Shown here: piece after piece, positions 1-8,059 of the stretch
How positions within the stretch are numbered: the first letter of the stretch is position 1
Layout: every line of letters starts with the position of its first letter
Assembly: GCA_044225505.1 (NCBI GenBank)
Contig: JBGAIN010000046.1
Coordinates: 1 to 46,130 of the forward strand
Direction of reading: 5' to 3'
DNA length: 46,130 bases
From: Limisphaerales bacterium
Lineage (GTDB): Bacteria; Verrucomicrobiota; Verrucomicrobiia; Limisphaerales; SIBE01
The notes under the pieces: model-generated
The model's input: only the letters and a program-made list of their open reading frames with translations
Databases searched by the model: none
What the model was told of the DNA's origin: nothing
Translations under genes and position numbers: made by a program

Positions 1-1
1 G

Positions 2-676
2 AGCTTCCTCGTCCTCCTGACCGGCATGGCGTTGTTCCTGTCTGGGACGGCAAACCGTCTGATCGCCCGCGTCGGGTCTGAGGGTTTGTCGCCGCTTTCT
101 CGTCGGTTGGCGGTTACTGCAACGCTTTGCATTTTTGCACAATTAATTCTTGGCGCCGGTATGCGTCATCAGCATGCTGGATTGGCTGTGCCGGATTTCC
201 CGTTGGCGTACGGCCGCATTTGGCCACCGATGGACGAGGTGTCCATTCAGCGCATGAATCAGCGGCGAACTGGCATTCAAGAATACAAACCGATTACCGC
301 TGGGCACTTGGTTTTGCACATGACTCACCGGGCCGGCGCCGCGGCGATCTTCATCCTGATCGGCTGGTTTGGGTTGAATACTCGAGAGAGCTGGGGCAAA
401 GGCCACCTCCTGAATCGTTTTGCATGGGTTTGGTTTGGGATGATTGCCGCTCAAGCGTCGCTGGGCGCTGTGACAGTCTGGAGCAACAAAGCTGCAGATA
501 TCGCCACAGCGCACGTCGTTTTGGGGGCGATCAGCTTTGCGTTTGGTGTCGTGATTAGCATTACAGTCGCTGGAGCGGCCCAAGTCACGGAGCGCGAACG
601 ATCCATTGTCCCCAACCGAGCGCCACATGTGTGCTCAGGTCCGACTGTCGCGCAGGTCCGGCCAACGACCTCGTGA
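2..676 (+). CDS. ctaA: Heme A synthase (COX15/CtaA family), 5'-truncated by the window edge
   Basis: Frame is open from base 2. Hydrophobic helices with QLILGAGMRH, GLAVPDFPL, HMTHR and TAHVVLG His motifs. Lies directly upstream of ctaB and the oxidase genes. Confidence 0.85.
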   Translation, partial: SFLVLLTGMALFLSGTANRLIARVGSEGLSPLSRRLAVTATLCIFAQLILGAGMRHQHAGLAVPDFPLAYGRIWPPMDEVSIQRMNQRRTGIQEYKPITAGHLVLHMTHRAGAAAIFILIGWFGLNTRESWGKGHLLNRFAWVWFGMIAAQASLGAVTVWSNKAADIATAHVVLGAISFAFGVVISITVAGAAQVTERERSIVPNRAPHVCSGPTVAQVRPTTS

Positions 677-683
677 GATCAAC

Positions 684-1595
684 ATGATGAAAGCAACTGT
701 AGCGGCACCTCTTCCGTCATCGAGCGCTTTGGAAAAGAGCGGTTGGATGAGTGTGGTTTTGGATTTGACCAAGGCACGGCTAACGACCTTGGTGCTGCTG
801 ACGACTTTGGTTGGGTTTTACCTTGGTGAGTCCAATGGAGTTGACTATCTCCGCCTGCTTCACACTATCTTGGGCACGGCCCTGGTGGCGGGGGGAGCGT
901 CTGCGTTAAATCAGTTTTTGGAACGAGAGTACGACGGACTAATGAAGAGGACGCGGACTCGGCCATTGCCTTCCGGTCGACTGCAGCCTGAAACAGCATT
1001 GATTTTTGGGGTAGTGACCGCGAGCCTTGGGATGATTTACCTGGCGTTCTGCGTCAATTTGCTGACAAGTTTTTTGGCGGCGGCCACCTTGGTGAGTTAC
1101 GTCGCCATCTACACTCCCTTGAAGCGGATGACCACGCTTAACACGGTCGTTGGGGCTGTTCCCGGTGCCTTGCCTCCGTTGATGGGCTGGACCGCTGCGA
1201 CGGGCCAGATCACGATTGAGGGTTGGTCTCTCTTTGCGATCCTGTTCTTTTGGCAGTTGCCTCATTTCCTGGCGATTTCCTGGCTCTACCGCGAAGAGTA
1301 TCAACGTGCCGGATTTGCGATGCTGTCTGTCTTTGATGCCGAAGGGCAGCGAACTGGGCGTCAAGCGGTCTGTCACACGATGGGACTTCTGCCAATATCC
1401 CTATGTCCGTTCCTATTTCGGCTTACGGGCCATTGGTACTTGGCAGGTGCGCTCGTTTTGGGGGTGGCATTTCTAGCGTGCGCCATTCAGTTCTCTCGCG
1501 GGCTGACCCAGGCCTATGCGCGTCGCCTTTTTTACGTCTCGATTTTGTATTTACCGATTCTGTTAGGATTAATGATTGTCGATAAAGTGCGTTAA
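684..1595 (+). CDS. ctaB: Protoheme IX farnesyltransferase (heme O synthase)
   Basis: LTKARL, ALNQFLEREYDGLMKRTRTRPLPSGR, YTPLKR, GAVPGALPPLMGW and FFWQLPHF motifs of CtaB/CyoE. Start placed at ATG 684 (687 also possible), just after the ctaA stop. Confidence 0.95.
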   Translation: MMKATVAAPLPSSSALEKSGWMSVVLDLTKARLTTLVLLTTLVGFYLGESNGVDYLRLLHTILGTALVAGGASALNQFLEREYDGLMKRTRTRPLPSGRLQPETALIFGVVTASLGMIYLAFCVNLLTSFLAAATLVSYVAIYTPLKRMTTLNTVVGAVPGALPPLMGWTAATGQITIEGWSLFAILFFWQLPHFLAISWLYREEYQRAGFAMLSVFDAEGQRTGRQAVCHTMGLLPISLCPFLFRLTGHWYLAGALVLGVAFLACAIQFSRGLTQAYARRLFYVSILYLPILLGLMIVDKVR

Positions 1596-1605
1596 GGTTT
1601 CATTC

Positions 1606-1640
1606 TTCGATTGACACTGTAGTCCATCGAAAGTTATCTT
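1606..1640 (+). promoter_or_regulatory. Putative sigma70 promoter for the oxidase structural genes, with an overlapping inverted repeat
   Basis: TTGACA (1611-1616), 18 bp, TATCTT (1635-1640). Arms TTCGATTGAC (1606-1615) and GTCCATCGAA (1622-1631) are 9/10 complementary. Confidence 0.55.
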
Positions 1641-1700
1641 GCGCCTTTACGATTAGGCCATTCACCAAGTGGCCCTAGTAGGCTGAAACACAGTAGATTT

Positions 1701-3506
1701 ATGGCGGCGACGAGTGCTGTACACCACCCGGACGTTCACCACGCCCATCATCAGGATTTGGGCTTTTGGCGAACTTACATTTTTTCCACAGATCACAAGG
1801 TGATCGGGATTCAATATGGGATTACCTCCCTTATCTTCCTCTTCTTCGGGTTCTCGTTGATCATGCTGATGCGTTGGCAGCTTGCCTACCCGACGCAGCC
1901 GATCCCCGTGTTTGGCAAGGTCCTGCAATCGATCCTCGGTGCCGAAGTGGTACCCAATGGGGCGATGACCGCGGATTTGTATAATTCCTTCGGAGCGATG
2001 CACGGAACAATCATGGTCTTCTTGGCCATTGTGCCGTTGGCGTTCGCGGCGTTTGGAAATTATGTCGTGCCGCTGATGATTGGCGCTCCGGACATGGCAT
2101 TTCCGCGGATTAATATGGCGAGTTACCAGGCCTATGTGCTGGGTGGCATCGTCATGATGGTCAGCTTTGTGATTCCCGGCGGCGCGGCTCAAGCGGGTTG
2201 GACGTCGTATCCTCCCTTGGCGTCGATCATTCCGACGTTAGGACAGACCTTTTGGATCATAGGAATGGTGCTGCTGATCACGTCCTCGTTGCTTGGCGCG
2301 GTGAACTTCATTGCGACAATTATCCAATTGCGGGCTCCGGGGATGACTTGGATGCGCATGCCGTTTTTTGTCTGGGCGCAGTTTGTAACAGCTTTTCTGC
2401 TACTCTTAGCGTTTCCTCCTTTGGAAGCGGCCGCTGTGATGCAGTTGATGGACAAGGTGGCGCACACTAGTTTCTTTCTCCCGACCGGGTTGATGGTCTC
2501 TGGTCGGCCGGTGGACATCAGCGGAGGTGGCAGTCCTCTTCTCTGGCAGCATTTGTTCTGGTTCCTGGCCCACCCGGAAGTGTACGTTTTGATCTTGCCT
2601 GCCATGGGGATTGTCAGTGAGGTCATCGCCAATAACACGCGCAAGCCGCTTTGGGGTTACCGCTCCTTGGTCTACTCGGCGCTCGCGATCGGATTTCTCT
2701 CTTTTATCGTCTGGGCCCATCACATGTATCTGACCGGGATGGGGACGGCGATCAGCACTTTTTTCCAGACCACAACGATGATTATATCGATTCCGTCAGT
2801 GGTCATTCTCACGGCTCTGTTTATTTCGCTATGGGGTGGATCAATTCGATTCACGACGCCCATGCTTTTCGCGTTGGCGTTCTTGCCGATGTTCGGAATT
2901 GGAGGGCTCACTGGCTTACCCCTCGGCCTGAACTTCACTGACATTATGCTTCACGACACGTACTACGTCATTGCGCACTTCCATTATATCGTCGCTCCAG
3001 GGACGATATTTGCTTTGTTTGCCGGGATTTACTATTGGTTTCCCAAGGCGACTGGGCGTTTGATGAGTGAGTTTTGGGGCAAGGTTCATTTCTGGGCTTC
3101 GCTTGTCTTTATGAATCTGATTTTCCAGCCGATGTTCGCTCAAGGCATGGCCGGCATGTTGCGACGTATGGCCGACGGAGCAGCAACCTATTCTGCGGCT
3201 GCGAATCCGGAAGCAACGGGTGCGCTGAGTGATGCTGTCATTCGGTCGAATGTCACCATTTCGATGGCGGCTTGGTGTTTGGCGATTGCGCAGATTCCTT
3301 TCATCATCAACTTCTTTTGGAGCATCTGGCACGGCAAAACGGTCACAAGCGACAATCCGTGGGATGCCACCACGTTGGAATGGCAAACCCCCACGCCGCC
3401 CCCGCATGGCAACTTTACCTCATCGCCGAAAGTGTATCGCGGGCCCTATGAGTACAGTTTGCCTGGCCACGCTAAGGATTTCGTGCCGCAAAACGAACCG
3501 GCGTAA
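1701..3506 (+). CDS. ctaD: Cytochrome c oxidase subunit I (A-family heme-copper oxidase)
   Basis: STDHKVIG, MHGTIMVF, APDMAFPRIN, GWTSYPPL, WFLAHPEVY, WAHHM, HDTYYVIAHFHY and RR motifs. All six metal-ligand His residues and the cross-link Tyr are present. Confidence 0.97.
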   Translation: MAATSAVHHPDVHHAHHQDLGFWRTYIFSTDHKVIGIQYGITSLIFLFFGFSLIMLMRWQLAYPTQPIPVFGKVLQSILGAEVVPNGAMTADLYNSFGAMHGTIMVFLAIVPLAFAAFGNYVVPLMIGAPDMAFPRINMASYQAYVLGGIVMMVSFVIPGGAAQAGWTSYPPLASIIPTLGQTFWIIGMVLLITSSLLGAVNFIATIIQLRAPGMTWMRMPFFVWAQFVTAFLLLLAFPPLEAAAVMQLMDKVAHTSFFLPTGLMVSGRPVDISGGGSPLLWQHLFWFLAHPEVYVLILPAMGIVSEVIANNTRKPLWGYRSLVYSALAIGFLSFIVWAHHMYLTGMGTAISTFFQTTTMIISIPSVVILTALFISLWGGSIRFTTPMLFALAFLPMFGIGGLTGLPLGLNFTDIMLHDTYYVIAHFHYIVAPGTIFALFAGIYYWFPKATGRLMSEFWGKVHFWASLVFMNLIFQPMFAQGMAGMLRRMADGAATYSAAANPEATGALSDAVIRSNVTISMAAWCLAIAQIPFIINFFWSIWHGKTVTSDNPWDATTLEWQTPTPPPHGNFTSSPKVYRGPYEYSLPGHAKDFVPQNEPA

Positions 3507-3520
3507 CGCCTCTGGATTTC

Positions 3521-4309
3521 ATGGAAATACCTTATACAGTTCATGCCCGTCAGGACACGGGCCTCTACAACGCGAAGCTCGGGATTTGGCTGTTCTTGGC
3601 TTCAGAAGTGATGCTCTTCGGTGCACTCTTCTCGTCCTATATCCTGCTGCGAGTCGGAGCAGCACCTGGGACTTGGCCACACGGATGGCTGAATATTCCC
3701 GTTGGAACCGTCAACACCTTGGTTCTGATCAGTTCGAGCGTGACCGTCGTGATGGCTTGGGCGTCTTTGAAGATGAACCAATTTGGACGGTTCAAGGTGT
3801 TTCAGGGATTGACCATTCTCTTCGCCTTCACATTCGTTGGAATCAAGTCCTACGAATACCATGATAAATTCACACATTATGAGGTGGTGTTGAAAGATGG
3901 GCGTGTTGCCGACGGCCATTTAGTCGAACGAACGGCAGACCACGTCGTGCTGCATGGGCACATGGTCGCGAGCCGGGAAGAGTTGATGCATCCCGCCAAG
4001 CATGTGGAACATACCGAACTCAGGATTGCAATCTCCGACGTCGCCCGCACCGAGCGGGATCGCCTTCGCATCGAAAACTACGGGCCCTGGCACAACACCT
4101 ATCTGGCTATTTATTTTACGCTGACGGCGCTACACGCATTGCACGTCATCGGCGGAGCGGTCGTCATTGCGTATCTCTGGGGGCCAGGGAGCCGCATGTG
4201 GAAGACACACCCAGAACAGTTTACAAACCGCGTCGAGATCTCTGGGCTGTTTTGGCACTTCGTCGACTTGGTCTGGATCTTTCTCTTCCCGATTCTTTAC
4301 TTGTTATAA
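3521..4309 (+). CDS. ctaE: Cytochrome c oxidase subunit III, with a soluble insert
   Basis: GIWLFLASEVMLFGALF, NTLVLISSS, YFTLTALHALHV and LFWHFVDLVWIFLF motifs. Confidence 0.95.
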   Translation: MEIPYTVHARQDTGLYNAKLGIWLFLASEVMLFGALFSSYILLRVGAAPGTWPHGWLNIPVGTVNTLVLISSSVTVVMAWASLKMNQFGRFKVFQGLTILFAFTFVGIKSYEYHDKFTHYEVVLKDGRVADGHLVERTADHVVLHGHMVASREELMHPAKHVEHTELRIAISDVARTERDRLRIENYGPWHNTYLAIYFTLTALHALHVIGGAVVIAYLWGPGSRMWKTHPEQFTNRVEISGLFWHFVDLVWIFLFPILYLL

Positions 4310-4320
4310 GCATTCACTTT

Positions 4321-4641
4321 ATGAGCGATCATTCTCACGATATTCAAAGCGAGGTTCGCCGGTATGTCATGGTGTTCGTTGCCCTTTTGATCGGGACGGT
4401 CGTGACTGTCGGAGCCTATTATCTGCACCTGCCGAGCGTTGCTATGACAGTGGCCGTAGCGTTGTTGATTGCGAGCGTCAAGGCGTTCCTCGTCGCGGGA
4501 TATTTCATGCACCTTATCTCCGAGCGGAAAATGATCTACGGGATTCTGTTGACGACAGTTTTCTTCTTTGCCGGGCTGATGTATCTTACTATTTGGTCGA
4601 TGGAACCGACGAGTTTGATCCATATTAAGCATGTCTCTTAA
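4321..4641 (+). CDS. Cytochrome c oxidase subunit IV family protein
   Basis: Three TM helices with the KAFLVAGYFMHL motif. Start at ATG 4321 (MSDHSHD), 11 bp after the ctaE stop. Confidence 0.88.
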   Translation: MSDHSHDIQSEVRRYVMVFVALLIGTVVTVGAYYLHLPSVAMTVAVALLIASVKAFLVAGYFMHLISERKMIYGILLTTVFFFAGLMYLTIWSMEPTSLIHIKHVS

Positions 4642-4840
4642 AGCTTTTCACATCCTGTTTATCCTGGCTGCGACGTTGCTGAGCCTGTTTTTCGGCACTT
4701 GGTCAATCCGCCATTATCGGGTTGGGGACGCCTCGCTTTTCGAGCTGATTCTTGGGATAGCGTCTCTGGGTTTATCGGTGCTTTTGATTGGCTACGGACG
4801 GTACTTCCTTCGGAAACTGAAGCACATCAGTTATCTATGA
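4631..4840 (+). CDS. Small two-TM membrane protein (69 aa) in the oxidase operon
   Basis: Two hydrophobic helices and a basic C-terminus. Overlaps the upstream gene by 11 bp and the downstream gene by ATGA, filling the operon gap exactly. Confidence 0.75.
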   Translation: MSLKAFHILFILAATLLSLFFGTWSIRHYRVGDASLFELILGIASLGLSVLLIGYGRYFLRKLKHISYL

Positions 4841-5115
4841 CTCTGCGAGTGTTTCTCGGCGGCGTTGTTCTGACTTACGTGCTCCTCGTGAGCGTCACCC
4901 CAGCGGTGGCTTGCGCGGTCTGTTTTGGAAAGTCAGATTCTGCGCTCGCTCAAGGAATGAACATGGGGATTTTCAGCTTGCTGGCCGTCGTTGCTTGCAT
5001 GCTCTCGACGATTGCCGGTTTCTTTGTCTTTCTAGCGCGCAGGAGTGCTCGGGTGGAAGCCTTTGAGCAAGCGCGCTTCGATTCGCAGACCACCGCTACA
5101 TCCAATTCAAAATGA
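4837..5115 (+). CDS. Small exported/membrane protein (92 aa) with CxxC immediately after a signal-like helix
   Basis: ATG 4837 overlaps the upstream TGA, and its own TGA overlaps the ctaC ATG. Sequence ...TPAVA-CAVCFG... is followed by one TM helix and RR. Confidence 0.75.
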   Translation: MTLRVFLGGVVLTYVLLVSVTPAVACAVCFGKSDSALAQGMNMGIFSLLAVVACMLSTIAGFFVFLARRSARVEAFEQARFDSQTTATSNSK

Positions 5116-5882
5116 TCAAACTGCTTGGGTTGCCTCCGCTGGCGTCCGAACATGGTGCGGACGTCGACAAACTCATTCTCTACGTCCACTGGTTAATGGC
5201 CGCCCTGTTTATCGGATGGCTAGCTTACTTTTTTTATGTTATTTTCCGATTCCGCCGATCGACTAATTCCAGGGCAAGTTATACTGGCGTGACCAGCCAT
5301 GCGACCAGCTACGTTGAGGGTGCTGTGGCCCTGGTTGAGGCCGTTCTGCTTCTGGGATTTGCTATCCCTCTCTGGTCGAAGGCCGTGGACCAGTTTCCAC
5401 CGGAGAAAGAGTCCACCGTGGTGCGCGTGATGGCCCAACAGTTCCAGTGGAATGCCCGATATCCCGGACCCGACGGCGAATTCGGAAAGACTGACCTCCG
5501 CTTCGTGAACAGCACAAACGTTTGGGGGGTGGATCCTAGTGACGCCCATGGCAAGGACGATTTCAGTCCTGCTGGCAGTAATGAGATTTTCGTTCCCGTG
5601 AATAAGCACGTCATCGCTTACATCACCTCTCAGGACGTTGTGCACTCTTTCAAAATTAATCCTCTGCGCGTAACTCAGGACGCGATCCCAGGATTACGGA
5701 TTCCGTTATGGTTCAAGCCTACGAAGGAGGGGCAGTACCTCATCAATTGTGCTCAGTTGTGCGGTAATGGACATTCTGTGATGCGCGGTTATTTAAACGT
5801 CGTGAGCCAAGAGAAATATGATCAATGGCTCGCCGAGCGAACCAAGGCTGGAGCCTCCGTACCCGCGGGTGGTTTTGAATAG
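5112..5882 (+). CDS. ctaC: Cytochrome c oxidase subunit II (CuA)
   Basis: Two TM helices, QQFQWNARYP, DVVHSF, DAIPG and the CuA motif CAQLCGNGHSVM. No fused CxxCH cytochrome domain. Confidence 0.95.
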   Translation: MIKLLGLPPLASEHGADVDKLILYVHWLMAALFIGWLAYFFYVIFRFRRSTNSRASYTGVTSHATSYVEGAVALVEAVLLLGFAIPLWSKAVDQFPPEKESTVVRVMAQQFQWNARYPGPDGEFGKTDLRFVNSTNVWGVDPSDAHGKDDFSPAGSNEIFVPVNKHVIAYITSQDVVHSFKINPLRVTQDAIPGLRIPLWFKPTKEGQYLINCAQLCGNGHSVMRGYLNVVSQEKYDQWLAERTKAGASVPAGGFE

Positions 5883-5975
5883 CGCCAGTCTGAGCAGCTA
5901 AGTTGCCGGAGATGGAGGTTGCCGGGCGACGAGCTCTTTGCTTGCAAATTTGCACGGCTGACTCAAGTTGTTTTC

Positions 5976-6605
5976 ATGGAGTCCCAGTCCAAAGTCGTTC
6001 ATTGGCTCGTGTGGGGCGTCTTGGCGGGCGTAATTGCCGCTATCTCGAGCGTCTTTGTTGTTAGCCTTGCGAAGCATCAGGCCCGTCCACTTCCTGAGTT
6101 CGGGGACGTGTCCGATTTCCAGTTGACCAATCAGTTTGGTCAGTCGATCTCTAGGAACGACTTAGGCGGGCGGGTTTGGGTAGCCAATATTATTTTCACC
6201 CGGTGTGCTGGGCCCTGCTTGGAAATGAGCCGCAAGATGAAGGCGATCCAGGACGCCTTGCCGGTTGGACAACCCATCACCCTCGTCTCGCTTACGGCTG
6301 ATCCAGCTTTTGATACTCCTGCTGTCCTTCGGGCTTACGCTGACCGTTTTGGCGGAGCCACGACGAACTGGTATTTCCTAACGGGCGAAAAAAAGGCCGT
6401 TTATGACCTTGCAATTAACGGCTTGAAGCTGGCCGTCCAAGAGAACGGAGAAACTCCTGCCGAGGGAGACCAATTCATTCATAGCACTCGAATGGTCCTG
6501 GTCGACGGTCGGTCCAGGCTCCGCGGGATTTCTTTCGAAGGAACAGAAGGGGAGTCGGTTCGGTCTATTCTGGCTGCGGCAGGCCAACTCCTAAAGGAAA
6601 AATAG
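5976..6605 (+). CDS. SCO1/SenC family copper chaperone
   Basis: N-terminal TM anchor, FTRCAGPC (CxxxC), DPAFDTP and the distal His in IHSTRMVLVD. Confidence 0.93.
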   Translation: MESQSKVVHWLVWGVLAGVIAAISSVFVVSLAKHQARPLPEFGDVSDFQLTNQFGQSISRNDLGGRVWVANIIFTRCAGPCLEMSRKMKAIQDALPVGQPITLVSLTADPAFDTPAVLRAYADRFGGATTNWYFLTGEKKAVYDLAINGLKLAVQENGETPAEGDQFIHSTRMVLVDGRSRLRGISFEGTEGESVRSILAAAGQLLKEK

Positions 6606-6607
6606 GC

Positions 6608-7054
6608 GTGACGCTCGCTGATCTACCGGTCGTTAATGCCTTTTTGAATGGATTGAGCGCCGTATTCCTAACAGTTGGGTATATAAAGATTCGCCAAGGG
6701 CGCAAGGAAGCACATCGGCGGTGCATGCTCGCGGCGTTTGCTACCTCAACGCTCTTCCTGATCTGCTATCTCACCTATCATGGATACCTTGCCTACGTGC
6801 TCCACCGTGGGCCGACTCGGTTTCTGGAACCGGAATGGTTTCGTCCGATTTATCTGACTATCCTACTGACCCACACCGTCTTGGCTGTCCTGATTTTGCC
6901 CCTGGTCTTTGTAACGCTCTGGCGAGGATTGCGTTCTCAGTTCGAGGGGCATCGTCGTGTGGCTCGATGGACTTGGCCGCTCTGGATGTACGTGTCGGTC
7001 ACGGGCGTGGTCATTTACCTGCTTTTGTATCAGATTTTTCCCCAGCGCCTTTAG
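6608..7054 (+). CDS. DUF420 family membrane protein (CtaM-like oxidase assembly factor)
   Basis: LPVVNAFLNG, HRRCM, FLICYL, LLTHTVLA and HRRVARWTWPLWMYVSVTGV. Last gene of the oxidase cluster. Confidence 0.9.
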   Translation: MTLADLPVVNAFLNGLSAVFLTVGYIKIRQGRKEAHRRCMLAAFATSTLFLICYLTYHGYLAYVLHRGPTRFLEPEWFRPIYLTILLTHTVLAVLILPLVFVTLWRGLRSQFEGHRRVARWTWPLWMYVSVTGVVIYLLLYQIFPQRL

Positions 7055-7168
7055 GCATAGGCTAGGCGATGCGGTTTTCAGCCAGCTAGAGCAGGGCTTG
7101 CGTGAGTTACAATTCACCACGCTTGGTGGATGATTGAAGGTGAGTGCTTTGCCTTTGCGCTCTACAGC

Positions 7169-7930
7169 CTACTTCGGAGCGCGCAGATTGCGTAGGGTAT
7201 CACGGACCTTGGCTGCAGCTTCGTAATCTTCTCGGCGAATAGCTTCGTTTAATTCGGACTCCAATTTCTCACGCCGAGTCAGGGGGCGTTTGGATTGCAG
7301 TTCCTTCAGCCAGACTTCAAGCGACTGGATTTCTCCGCTTTGCTCGCTTTGCTCCAAGCGGCCGTGCTTTTGGTAAAACTCGCGGAGTTCTTCCAGACCT
7401 TGCTTCACTGCGGCGATGGCTTCGCCGTACTCTCCGGCGTCCAGAGCAATGCTGCCACGAGCCCGAGACAGCATCATCAGCACCTGGGGGCGAAACTGCT
7501 GTAAACTCCACGCTAATTCCTCAGTGGCAGCGTAGTCTCCGACAAAATCAAACACCTTTAAATTTCGTTTGGTATCGCGAACGACCCCGGGATAGTCTTG
7601 AAGCTGGAACAGGCAAATATAGCGATGATGGTATTGAATCGCTTCCTGCTGCAGGCGTGAGCAATCCTCTGCGCGTAACTCAAACCCACCGTCTTCGCCC
7701 TTATGCGCCGAACGATGCTTCGCGAGCCGCGATTCGAAATACTCCAAAAGCGACTCATATCCGTAAGGCGTTTTTCCGTCCGGACGCCCTTGGGCGTTCA
7801 TTTGCAGAAGGCCCAGGTCGACGCGCAGTTGAATCTTTTGGATACCGTCCTTGCCCTTGAACTGACGGACTCCGATCTGTCCCGGTTGATACTCCCACTC
7901 GTTCAGCAAGGCCGAGATGTCGAAGTTCAT
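7169..7930 (-). CDS. UvrB/UvrC-motif-containing protein
   Basis: C-terminal LESELNEAIRREDYEAAAKVRD UVR coiled-coil motif. N-terminal IQLRVDLGLLQM..GRPDG region. Confidence 0.8.
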   Translation of the reverse strand: MNFDISALLNEWEYQPGQIGVRQFKGKDGIQKIQLRVDLGLLQMNAQGRPDGKTPYGYESLLEYFESRLAKHRSAHKGEDGGFELRAEDCSRLQQEAIQYHHRYICLFQLQDYPGVVRDTKRNLKVFDFVGDYAATEELAWSLQQFRPQVLMMLSRARGSIALDAGEYGEAIAAVKQGLEELREFYQKHGRLEQSEQSGEIQSLEVWLKELQSKRPLTRREKLESELNEAIRREDYEAAAKVRDTLRNLRAPK

Positions 7931-7936
7931 GCTGAA

Positions 7937-7965
7937 ACTATGACGGGCGACGAAAGCTAAGTCAA
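7937..7965 (-). promoter_or_regulatory. Putative sigma70 promoter with leaderless geometry
   Basis: Minus strand: TTGACT, 17 bp, CATAGT, 6 bp, ATG(7930). Confidence 0.55.
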
Positions 7966-8059
7966 TTAGCCATCTCCGGCCTCGCTTGATGAGCGTCCAT
8001 GGAGTTGCTGCTGGGCAGGCCTGCTCGATAGCGACTGGGCTTGCGTAACCGGCTGATGA

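Noticed and set aside
1701..3506. Nitric oxide reductase or B/C-family oxidase as the explanation for the missing lysine
   Set aside because: HPEVY with the cross-link Tyr, the D-channel Asp/Asn/Glu, subunit III and the heme A synthesis genes all indicate an A-family O2 reductase.
4912..4923. c-type heme binding site in the 92-aa ORF
   Set aside because: The motif is CAVCF, which lacks the His of CxxCH.
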